This document shows positions 1-10,106 of a stretch of DNA of 32,000 nucleotides, one piece after another (within the stretch, counting starts at the first letter, position 1; each line of letters starts with the position of its first letter). Below the pieces are notes generated by a model. The model did no database searches. It was not told the origin of the DNA and saw only the letters and a program-made list of their open reading frames with translations. The stretch comes from Flavobacteriaceae bacterium (GTDB taxonomy: Bacteria > Bacteroidota > Bacteroidia > Flavobacteriales > Flavobacteriaceae), in contig OZ245049.1 of NCBI GenBank assembly GCA_965224465.1, positions 810,001 to 842,000 of the forward strand. The letters are read 5' to 3'. Both the position numbers and the translations under genes were made by a program.

Positions 1-1709
<1,709 letters not shown>

Positions 1710-1724
1710 TTAGTGAATATCTTA

Positions 1725-1755
1725 CAAATCTACATTCAAACCACAGATAAATCAA
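1725..1755 (-). promoter_or_regulatory. candidate Bacteroidota-type promoter for katG (-7 box TAGATTTG, -33 TTG)
   Basis: Minus-strand TAGATTTG (1732-1725) matches the TAnnTTTG consensus about 30 nt upstream of the katG ATG. A TTG at 1755-1753 gives a 20-nt spacer. Confidence 0.3.
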
Positions 1756-1920
1756 ATTAGTAATTCTTATATTAATATTGATGAAATCTATAGTCACCTC
1801 TAAATAACACATATAATACAACCTCAAAAACAGCCCCTAATGACAGGTTAAACATTATAAAAAAAAGAAAATAGATCAAGACATATTGAAAGACGCTCTC
1901 ATTATTTCAACAAATCCGGC

Positions 1921-2385
1921 AGCTATAAAAACAGGAATTAATCAAGTAGAATTACGATTAGTACACGTCCAATAAACCTGACGAGAATAAGCTCCTATAA
2001 ATCATAACAAATCAATAAGACTCAAAGCAAGAACAATTGCGTACCTGTAAAAAAAAAGGTTGAAATATAGGGGATTGTTCAAAGCAAGGAAACAAAAATC
2101 ACAAATTAAAACAGGCATCATGACAAGTAAAAATACAGTAAAATCACAGATGTATACTGCGCATATCTTTTACGTCACAAATAGCAAGAACGCTTGCCTA
2201 TAAAAAATACAATTTGTAAAAATTTCCGGGTGCGCGTGAAATTATATACCTGTGTTAATCTGTTTAAGTTTATGTTGTTTCTAATTACAGTTTTCACCCC
2301 CAATTTGAGCGTTTAATTCTCAGAGACGCTGCCTCTAAATAAAGAATAGTCTTTCAAAGTAAAGATCAACTCCTAGGAGGGGGAT
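1921..2385 (-). repeat. partial copy (lipoprotein-proximal half) of the non-coding spacer also present at 11179-11632 and 18103-18557
   Basis: Near-identical from AGCTATAAAAACAGGAATTAATCAAG onward. Homology to the other copies stops at 1921; further left is unique sequence leading to katG. Confidence 0.9.
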
Positions 2386-2585
2386 TTAGTTTACAATATC
2401 ACCTTCGTTATACTCGTGTCTTATTTTAAATAGTTTATCCTTTTTAAAGAATAAAGACACTGAGGAATTCCCTGCCCTTGTAGAATTAATAGCATGAGAA
2501 AATGTAAAGTGCCACACATTATAATTCATTATATCTGGATCAAAATCTTTTTCCAACCACTTATTAGAAAGTACAATTTGGTATT

Positions 2586-3712
2586 CTTAAATTCAAGTAG
2601 TAAATGCAACTTCTTAGATTTGAGAGTTTCTAAGGTTTATTTTTCAAAACAGAAAGAGAGTCACCTCTCCTTCATGTTTTGATGGAATAGTTACCTTACG
2701 CCCTCAAGTCTCTGAAAAAGAAGTAGTATGGCACATTTAACCAAAGAACAAAGATACACAATTACCTGTATGTTATCACAGGGGTATTCTAAGTCCAAAA
2801 TAGCCTTGGCTATAGGGAAACATAAAAGCACTATAAGTAGAGAATGCAAACGTAATTGCGATGCTCGTAGCGGCTCCTATGAATACGAATTAGCACATAG
2901 AAAGTGGAAGGATAGACATAAGAAAAAGCGAAAGCACATTAGGTTTACTGAGAAGATAAGAAGCGAGGTTGAAAAGCTGTTACGTGATGATTATAGTCCA
3001 GGACAAGTGGTTGGAATACTTACTAAGCAAGGAAAAGAAGTTGTTTCAGTAGAACGTATTTATCAGCATATCTGGCAAGATAAGAAGCATAAAGGCACAC
3101 TCTATACTCATTTAAGAAGACAAGGAAGGAAGTACAGGAAACGAGGGGCATTCAAGGACTCACGTGGTATTATTAAAGATCGAATTAGTATTGAAAAACG
3201 ACCAGATATAGTGGAGAAAAGAGAACGTTTTGGAGATTTAGAAGTGGATTTAATAATTGGAAAAAATCATCATCAAGCCATTCTTACAATCAATGACAGG
3301 GCTTCTGGGATGCTAAAGATGAAAAAAATAGCATCTAAAGAATCTTCTGTTGTAACAGCTGCTATTAATGAGCTTTTAGAAGATTGGATACCGTATATAA
3401 ACACTATAACAGCTGATAACGGAAAAGAGTTTGCAGGACATAAAAAAGTAGCTGAATTTTTAGGAATCGATTATTATTTTGCACATCCTTACCATTCATG
3501 GGAAAGAGGATCTAATGAAAATTTAAATGGGCTTATTCGGCAATATTTCCCTAAAGGAAGTGACTTTTCGATATTAACTAAGCAGATGATAAAACAGGTG
3601 GAAGGAAAATTAAATAGAAGGCCTAGGAAAAGGTTTTCATATCAAAACCCTATATTTGTAATGAATCAATTATTGTTTAACCAAAAAGTTGCGTTTATAA
3701 GTTGAATTCAGC
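2586..3712 (+). mobile_element. IS30-family insertion sequence (copy A) with imperfect terminal inverted repeats and a 3-bp ATT target duplication
   Basis: Left end CTTAAATTCAAGTAGTAAATGCAACTT. The reverse complement of the right end is GCTGAATTCAACTTATAAACGCAACTT. ATT occurs at 2583-2585 and 3713-3715; the uninterrupted paralog reads GGTATTTTTCATATATGGG. Confidence 0.88.
2728..3705 (+). CDS. IS30-family DDE transposase
   Basis: 325-aa ORF with an N-terminal HTH-like segment (LTKEQRYTITCMLSQGYSKSKIALAIGKHKSTISRECKRN) and a DDE-type core (GDLEVDLIIGK..., ITADNGKEFAGH, HPYHSWERGSNENLNGLIRQYFPKG). Confidence 0.92.
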   Translation: MAHLTKEQRYTITCMLSQGYSKSKIALAIGKHKSTISRECKRNCDARSGSYEYELAHRKWKDRHKKKRKHIRFTEKIRSEVEKLLRDDYSPGQVVGILTKQGKEVVSVERIYQHIWQDKKHKGTLYTHLRRQGRKYRKRGAFKDSRGIIKDRISIEKRPDIVEKRERFGDLEVDLIIGKNHHQAILTINDRASGMLKMKKIASKESSVVTAAINELLEDWIPYINTITADNGKEFAGHKKVAEFLGIDYYFAHPYHSWERGSNENLNGLIRQYFPKGSDFSILTKQMIKQVEGKLNRRPRKRFSYQNPIFVMNQLLFNQKVAFIS

Positions 3713-4201
3713 ATTTTTTATATATGGGATTTTTGTAAATCGATAGTAACTTTTTATAGATCTCTCCAAGTGGACCATTAACATGGATAGCGATTTGATC
3801 CGATACATTTTCTGGCCATTTTGGAATAGCATCCAAAAGAGCCCCTCCTTTTTCTATAGCACTTACCTTGTTTTGATTAAATCGGATAAGGACCCGTTGT
3901 GTGACTCCCAATGTTCTCTCTAAAGTAATAGCGTGGTATAAACTAATATCACTTTTAATTTCAGTTGGATTTGAAAAGGGTTGCCTGTAAGGTATTGATA
4001 CATCGTGAAAATTTTTCTCTATCCCTAATTCTTGTAGTTGACGGTACACATCTGTAGGAGAACTTCCAATTTTAAGTTTCCATTTTTTCCCACTAGTTAT
4101 GTTTTCAGTTTTCGGAAAATCAACATCTATTTCACACGAGAATAAAAAGAATAAAGAGGCGATTAATAAAGCTATTTTTTTCATGATCTTAATTTATATG
4201 T

Positions 4202-4391
4202 TCAACCATTTATCTTTTTGGATAATTTTCCCACATCGTCATCATCGGCTGCTTTATAAAGATTTTTTACTTCTTTATTTTGATGTTTCCAAAAGAAACC
4301 AGCACTCATGCAGGCATCTTTTAAATTGGAGGCTATTTTTTTTGAAAAAGTTTTAAGTGTTACTATAACGTTTTCTGCAAATAGCGTATAA
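4202..4391 (-). pseudogene. 3'-truncated orphan effector fragment fused to the amplification junction
   Basis: Minus strand encodes ...FSKKIASNLKDACMSAGFFWKHQNKEVKNLYKAADDDDVGKLSKKING then a stop. Homology to the effector ends at 4204/4205, where upstream sequence of the 222-aa lipoprotein gene begins. Confidence 0.8.
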
Positions 4392-5123
4392 TCATTCCTT
4401 TATAATATTTCTTTTAATTTCAGTAATATCTTGTAATTTATTAATATCAATATATTTGTTGTAATTATTAATATTAATTAAGGTATCAAGTTGGTAATAA
4501 TATTCTTCCTCGTCCATCCTAAAATTATATTTCATAAATACTTTATTAATAGTTAATGTATTGTTGTTATTTATTTTAAAGTAAATATCATAAGCTTGTA
4601 AATAATTATTATGCATCTTAAATTTAGCCAAAGTGTCATTAATTTTTATAATTTCTAGTGAACCTGACATATTGCTAGGGCCGTATGGTCTTTTAGCCTC
4701 GCCATAGTTACAATAAGTGTAAAATATAAACTCCTTTTTGTCCTTTGTTTTTTTTAAATGAATAGGATAGGTGCTAAATTTATTAGTCCCTGTTTTATAA
4801 TAACTCAATTCGTTGAAAGATTGAATTACAAATCTTGAAGTTTTATTATTTAAAGTAATTTTACTTTCTGTTTCTTCATTTTCTTTATGAAACAAAACAG
4901 TATCTCCTTCTTTTACTGGAAGTGTATGTATTAGATTTCTAACAAACCCTTTTTTACGTCTATTAGTTTCTATATTACTATAGTCATATATAATAGTATC
5001 TATGACTATAGTATTCTTTTTATTCTCTGTATTTTTTAGAGTCATTTTACAAGAATTTGTAATCATTAAACAAAATAATACTAATAGTACACTACTGGTT
5101 CTTTTCACAATTTTCATAATCAA
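4392..5123 (-). CDS. 243-aa lipoprotein, putative immunity protein (variant a)
   Basis: Signal peptide plus lipobox-like LMITNSC. Paralog of five other ORFs in the window. Start overlaps the preceding effector fragment by 32 nt. Confidence 0.85.
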   Translation of the reverse strand: MIMKIVKRTSSVLLVLFCLMITNSCKMTLKNTENKKNTIVIDTIIYDYSNIETNRRKKGFVRNLIHTLPVKEGDTVLFHKENEETESKITLNNKTSRFVIQSFNELSYYKTGTNKFSTYPIHLKKTKDKKEFIFYTYCNYGEAKRPYGPSNMSGSLEIIKINDTLAKFKMHNNYLQAYDIYFKINNNNTLTINKVFMKYNFRMDEEEYYYQLDTLININNYNKYIDINKLQDITEIKRNIIKE

Positions 5124-5424
5124 ATATTAATTTTAAATCATCTGTATATTTTTGGCGTTGGATTAATCCTTTTGTACCTCCATTTATCTTTTTGGTTAAT
5201 TTTTCCACATCATCATCATCAGCTGCTTTATAAAGATTTTTTACTTCTTTATTTTGATGTTTCCAAAAGAAACCAGCACTCATGCAGGCATCTTTTAAAT
5301 TGGAGGCTATTTTTTTTGAAAAAGTTTTAAGTGTTTCTATAACATTTTCTGCAAATAGCGCATAATCATTCCTTTCTAATATTTCTTTTAATTTCAGTAA
5401 CATCTTGTAATTTATTAATATCAA
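5092..5424 (-). pseudogene. orphan effector C-terminal cassette (tip type 2); here the frame is open for 110 codons
   Basis: The last 63 aa are identical to the C-terminus encoded at 7037-7228. Effector homology begins around TLKTFSKKIASNLKDAC. The extra upstream codons overlap the 3' end of immunity gene 5366-6097. Confidence 0.8.
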
Positions 5425-6097
5425 TATATTTGTTGTAATTATTAATATTAATTAAGGTATCAAGTTGGTAATAATATTCTTCCTCGTCAATCCTAAAATT
5501 ATATTTCATAAATACTTTATTAATAGTTAATGTATTGTTGTTATTTATTTTAAAGTAAATATCATAAGCTTGTAAATTATTATTATGCACATCAAATTTT
5601 GCTAAAGTATCATTGATTTTTATAATATCTACTGCGCTTGACATAGCACTAGGTCCGTATACTTTTTCAGCCTCGCCATAATTACAATAAGTGTAAAATA
5701 TAAACTCCTTTTGGGCCTTTATTTTTTTTAAACTAATAAGGTAGGTGCTAAATTTATTGGTACCTGTTTTATAATAACTCGATCCGTTAGAAGATTGAAC
5801 TACAAAACTTGAAGTATTGTAATTTATATTAATTTTACTTTCTGTTTCTCCATTTTCTTTAAGAAACAAAACAGTATCACCTTCTTTTACAGGAAGTGTA
5901 TGTATTAAGTCCAAATCAAATCCTTCTTTACGTCTATTTGTCTCTATATTACTATAGTCATATATAATAGTATCTATAACGATACTATTACTGCTCTTCT
6001 CTGTGTTTTTTAGAGTCATTTTACAAGAATTTGTAATCATTAAACAAAATAATACTAATAGTACACTACTGGTTCTTTTCACAATTTTCATAATCAA
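5366..6097 (-). CDS. 243-aa lipoprotein, putative immunity protein (variant b)
   Basis: Same N-terminal signal and lipobox and same conserved C-terminal half as the paralogs, with a variable central region. Confidence 0.85.
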   Translation of the reverse strand: MIMKIVKRTSSVLLVLFCLMITNSCKMTLKNTEKSSNSIVIDTIIYDYSNIETNRRKEGFDLDLIHTLPVKEGDTVLFLKENGETESKININYNTSSFVVQSSNGSSYYKTGTNKFSTYLISLKKIKAQKEFIFYTYCNYGEAEKVYGPSAMSSAVDIIKINDTLAKFDVHNNNLQAYDIYFKINNNNTLTINKVFMKYNFRIDEEEYYYQLDTLININNYNKYIDINKLQDVTEIKRNIRKE

Positions 6098-6254
6098 ATA
6101 TTATTTTTAAATCATCCGTATATTTTTGGCGTTGGCTTAATCCATTTCTACCTCCATTTATTGCTTTAGTTATTTTTTTTACATCATCGTCATCAGCAGA
6201 TTTATAAACATCAAAATATTGATTTTGATGTTTCCAAAAGAAACCAGCACTCAT
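6066..6254 (-). pseudogene. orphan effector C-terminal cassette (tip type 3)
   Basis: 62-aa MSAGFFWKHQNQYFDVYKSADDDDVKKITKAINGGRNGLSQRQKYTDDLKIIFDYENCEKNQ, identical to the fragments at 13960-14148 and 15002-15190. There is no N-terminal catalytic part upstream. Confidence 0.85.
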
Positions 6255-6336
6255 GCAGGCATCTTTTAAATTGGAGGCTATTTTTTTTGAAAAAATTTTA
6301 AGTGTTTCTATAACGTTTTCTGCAAATAGCGTATAA

Positions 6337-7068
6337 TCATTCCTTTATAATATTTCTTTTAATTTCAGTAACATCTTGTAGCTTGTAAAGGTCAATATAT
6401 TTATTCTTATTATTAATATTTATTAAGGTATCAAGTTGGTAATAATATTCTTCCTCGTCCATCCTAAAGTTATATTTCATAAATACTTTATTAATAGTTA
6501 ATGTATTGTTATTATCTATTTTAAAGTAAATATCATAAGCTTCTAAATTATTATTATGCACATCAAATTTAGCTAAAGTGTCATTGATTTTTATGATATC
6601 TACTGCGCTTGACATATTACTAGGGCCGTATGGTTTTTTAGCTTCGCCATAGTTACAATAAATATAAAATAGAAACTCCTTTTTGTCCTTTATTTTTTTT
6701 AAATGAATAGGATAGGTGCTAAATTTATTAGTACCTGTTTTATAATATCTCAATTCGTTGAAAGATTGAATTACGAAACTTGAAGTTTTATTATTTATAT
6801 TAATTTTACTTCCTTTCTCTTGTGAAAACTTAATAAACAAAACAGTATCACCTTCTTTTACAGGAAGTGTATGTATTAAGTCCAAATCAAATCCATCTTT
6901 ACGTCTATTAGTTTCTATATTACTATAGTCATAGATAATAGTATCTATAACGATACTATTACTGCTCTTCTCTGTATTTTTTAGAGTCATTTTACAAGAA
7001 CATGTAATAATTAAAGAAAATAATACTAATAGCACACTACTGGTTCTTTTCACAATTTTCATAATCAA
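6337..7068 (-). CDS. 243-aa lipoprotein, putative immunity protein (variant c), directly downstream of the IS66-disrupted effector
   Basis: Paralog of the other immunity-like lipoproteins, with a 32-nt overlap with the effector 3' end. Confidence 0.85.
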   Translation of the reverse strand: MIMKIVKRTSSVLLVLFSLIITCSCKMTLKNTEKSSNSIVIDTIIYDYSNIETNRRKDGFDLDLIHTLPVKEGDTVLFIKFSQEKGSKININNKTSSFVIQSFNELRYYKTGTNKFSTYPIHLKKIKDKKEFLFYIYCNYGEAKKPYGPSNMSSAVDIIKINDTLAKFDVHNNNLEAYDIYFKIDNNNTLTINKVFMKYNFRMDEEEYYYQLDTLININNKNKYIDLYKLQDVTEIKRNIIKE

Positions 7069-7566
7069 ATATTAATTTTAAATCATCTGTATATTTTTGG
7101 CGTTGGATTAATCCTTTTGTACCTCCATTTATCTTTTTGGTTAATTTTTCCACATCATCATCATCAGCTGCTTTATAAAGATTTTTTACTTCTTTATTTT
7201 GATGTTTCCAAAAGAAACCAGCACTCATGCAGGCATCTTTTAAATTGGAGGCTATTTTTTTTGAAAAAGTTTTAAGTGTTTTTAAAAATTTTTCAGGGAA
7301 GCCATGTTTAGTGCCATACTTTGCTAAGTAAGCGGTAACACTTTGGTATTTATCATCACGTTTTGCAATATAAATTTTAAAAAGAGGCGTAAATACTTCA
7401 GTACTATTAGATTCTTTATGAATAATTCTTTCTTGTTCGTCGTAACAAGCTAAATAGTTGTAATCGTGTGTTATTTGTTTTATTCCTCTACCTCTAAATT
7501 CTCTACCTCCATAATAGTTTAAACCATCTCCTTTATTTGTAAGCGTACGGTAAAGTACACCCTTGA

Positions 7567-9069
7567 TTATTTATCAACAGGCTTCCAATTTTGAGGCAGT
7601 AACTCCGAAAGTTTATTAGCCTTATGTTCTGGTAATCTATTAAGGACATCACATAGCCACGTATGTGGGTTTACGTTATTCTTTTTGCAAGTAGCAAAAA
7701 AGCTATAAAATAGAGCTATGTTTTGTGCGGACTCATGACTGCCAGCAAAGAGATAATTTTTTCTGCCAATAGCTAAAGGTCTTATGGCATTTTCTATATT
7801 ATTGTTGTCTATTTCAAACCTGCCATCATCGATGTATAGTTTTAGGTTTTGCCATATTTTAAGAGTATAAGCAATTGCTTTTCCTATGGCACTTTTAGGC
7901 AGTACGTTTTTTCGCTCTTTTGTAAGATAAATTTCTATTCCGTCTAAAACAGGTGATGCATGTTTTTCTCTATATGCTTTAGTTTGCTCAATAGTTAATT
8001 CTTGTTCTTTTATTTTACGTTCTATCTTGTATAGCTTTTGAATTTCCAACAAAACAACATCCGCTCTTTTAGGATCATTATCCAGCGCCTTCTCAAAATA
8101 CCGCCTAGCATGAGCCATGCAACCTAAAAGAGTAATTTCTCCTTTTGTTGTTAAGTTTTGGTATGCAGCATACCCATCGGACTGTAGTGTCCCATTGAAA
8201 TCTTTAAAAAACTCTTCTGGAACAACTTTTCCTCTCCCTTTATTGTATTCAAAAAGAACTAAATTTTTAACAGGATTTCGATACACCCACATATACCCTC
8301 TGTGTGTTGATTTTTTCTTGTCTTTATCTAAAACCTTTATAGGAGATTCGTCTGCTTGAATATAATTGGCATTTTCTAAAAACTGAGCCTTAAATGTATC
8401 GTATAAAGGAGCGATAAGCTCCGAACTTTTAGATACCCATCCTCCAATTGTTGATTTACTTACTTTTAAATCTTGTCGTTTAAAAATTTGAATTAATCTG
8501 TAAAGTGGTAAATGGTCTACAAATTTTGAAATAAGTATAAAGGCCAATAAACTTGCTGATGCATTTCCTTTAGGTATCGGTAAGCTTGGTAATTCTGCTA
8601 TAACAACGCCTTTTTCTTCCGGAAGTGCATATTTAGGTCTTACAATTCGTCTTACAAAAACGGAAAGAGGCGTTATTTCTAAAAGTTCTGTAACTTCTTC
8701 TCCTATTTTTACAGCTCCTTCTTCTATGTGCTTAGGCTCTATAATCTCTTCTACTCTCGGAAAATGCGCAGGTATAGAAGAGCGAACAGGTTTTTTCTTT
8801 CCTTTCTTCTTTTGTTTTCTTTCGTAGATTACAATATGTTTTTTGTATGCCTCTTCTTTCTCAGCTATTATTTTTCCGAAAAGCGACAATTGATTTGTGT
8901 CAACAGGGATAAAACGTTCGCTTTTAGACCCGAAAACCATTCTTTTAAGCTGCTCGTATTGCTGCTTAATTTCAGCTAGTTCTTGAGCTTTTTTTTCAAG
9001 TTCAATCTTTAAAATTACCAGCTCTTTTTGTATGTCTATTGTATTGTTTTCCACACTATAAATATACAA
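7567..9069 (-). CDS. IS66-family transposase (TnpC-type)
   Basis: 500 aa with an N-terminal coiled coil followed by FGSKSERF, a central DDE-like region and CMAHARRYF, all typical of IS66 transposases. Confidence 0.92.
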   Translation of the reverse strand: MYIYSVENNTIDIQKELVILKIELEKKAQELAEIKQQYEQLKRMVFGSKSERFIPVDTNQLSLFGKIIAEKEEAYKKHIVIYERKQKKKGKKKPVRSSIPAHFPRVEEIIEPKHIEEGAVKIGEEVTELLEITPLSVFVRRIVRPKYALPEEKGVVIAELPSLPIPKGNASASLLAFILISKFVDHLPLYRLIQIFKRQDLKVSKSTIGGWVSKSSELIAPLYDTFKAQFLENANYIQADESPIKVLDKDKKKSTHRGYMWVYRNPVKNLVLFEYNKGRGKVVPEEFFKDFNGTLQSDGYAAYQNLTTKGEITLLGCMAHARRYFEKALDNDPKRADVVLLEIQKLYKIERKIKEQELTIEQTKAYREKHASPVLDGIEIYLTKERKNVLPKSAIGKAIAYTLKIWQNLKLYIDDGRFEIDNNNIENAIRPLAIGRKNYLFAGSHESAQNIALFYSFFATCKKNNVNPHTWLCDVLNRLPEHKANKLSELLPQNWKPVDK

Positions 9070-9112
9070 AAAACAAGACTAAATAGCAGGTAAAACCTAC
9101 AGTTTTATTGAA

Positions 9113-9466
9113 TTATTTAGCCTCTAAATAACGTTCGTTTTTCTGAGTATTTATAATACTAATTCCGTCTAAAACCATAACCATTTGGGTATAACTCAAA
9201 ACTACTAATCCATCTTCAATGTCGTATTTTGGAAGCTCAAAAATACCTCGTTCCAATCGTTTATAATACAGTACAAATCCTCCAGGTCGCCAATGAAGAA
9301 GTTTTAGTTTATTTTTTTGCTTATTGATAAATGCATAAACACTATTTCTATCTCGCTCTTGTTCCATGTGCTCACTAACTAATCCACTTAATCCATTAAA
9401 TCCTTTTCGCATATCAACTGCAGATAAGTGATAATAATACGTGTGTTCTGTACCTAATCCTAACAT
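9113..9466 (-). CDS. IS66 Orf2 / TnpB-like accessory protein
   Basis: 117 aa with VDMRKGFNGLSGLV and LLHWRPGGFVLYYKRLERGIFELP, the characteristic IS66 Orf2 pattern, immediately upstream of the transposase. Confidence 0.9.
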   Translation of the reverse strand: MLGLGTEHTYYYHLSAVDMRKGFNGLSGLVSEHMEQERDRNSVYAFINKQKNKLKLLHWRPGGFVLYYKRLERGIFELPKYDIEDGLVVLSYTQMVMVLDGISIINTQKNERYLEAK

Positions 9467-10106
9467 TTATATTTTCGTTTTTGTTTAGATGCAAAAATTA
9501 GATTATTTTTAACTTCTTACAAGATGTAGTTCTCCGTACGCTTACCTTTATTTAGAGCTTCATAGGTATTTACAAATCTTGTTGATTCATGGTAAGATTG
9601 TGCTAGAAAATGAATTTTACGAATACATGTTTTTATGTCATATTTATTAAAAGTTTTGTTTAGGTATTCTGCAAATAGGCTATAATTGTTTGCCTCACTA
9701 GATTTTATTTTTTCACTTCTTTTAGATTGAAAAATATTAGTTCCTAAATCTGAAAATTTTGTTATCCTCTTAACAACTCTTTTAATTTCTTCTTTTCCTT
9801 CGTACTCTTTAGAAGAATATGTGCCTTTTTCTTTATCTATTAATTTGTAGAATCCTTTTTTCTTTTTTCTATCTTTTAATTCAAAAAATTCATCCCCATT
9901 GGCATTGCTATATAATTTATTTCCATTTTTATGAGATTGACCTTGGGCTTCAACTACAACTTCTTTTTCTCTTAATTCCTTAACTATCTTTTTTAACTCT
10001 GTTACTGTTATATCCCTATTACAATAACAAGGTTCAATAATGTTTAAATCTTCAAATTCATGACTTATATGTTCATGTTCTGTAAACCAAGCTCTTCCCA
10101 TAGTAT

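Larger units (their letters stand above)
2386..4184 (-). pseudogene. 222-aa lipoprotein gene, copy 1, split by an IS30-family element (3' piece 2386-2585, 5' piece 3713-4184)
   Basis: The two pieces align with the intact copies 11633-12301 and 18558-19226. 200 + 472 nt equals 669 + 3 (target duplication). ORF 3708-4184 (158 aa) is the N-terminal part reading into the IS end. Confidence 0.9.
7539..9545 (-). mobile_element. IS66-family insertion sequence (tnpB + tnpC, no tnpA-like ORF) with an 8-bp CTTTATTT target duplication
   Basis: Termini are GTAAGCGTACGG (7539-7550) and CCGTACGCTTAC (9534-9545). CTTTATTT occurs at 7531-7538 and 9546-9553. The empty site is visible once at 16470-16477 in the intact paralog. 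Confidence 0.92.
7037..10101 (-). pseudogene. GH19/COG3179-like effector, copy 2, interrupted by IS66 (5' part 9546-10101, 3' part 7037-7538)
   Basis: 556 + 502 nt equals 1050 + 8 (target duplication). The first 186 aa are identical to the intact copy. 7261-7538 reads the same as the equivalent stretch of the intact copy (about 16201-16478). Confidence 0.92.

Noticed and set aside
2494-2682. 62-aa plus-strand ORF across the IS30-A left end, plus the 4099-4356 and 12316-12510 plus-strand ORFs.
   Set aside because: They run antisense to the lipoprotein and effector-fragment sequences and across IS or amplification junctions. They are by-products of the rearrangements, not conserved genes.
4185-7228. 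Regular ~970-bp periodicity that could superficially suggest a repeat array of CRISPR or satellite type.
   Set aside because: The period is a full gene cassette of about 1 kb. There are no short 25-40-bp direct repeats separated by unique spacers and no cas genes.
7539-9545. The IS66 element has no tnpA-like first ORF and is only about 2 kb long.
   Set aside because: Some IS66-family members carry only the Orf2-like and transposase genes. The intact inverted termini and 8-bp duplication argue that the element is complete rather than deleted.
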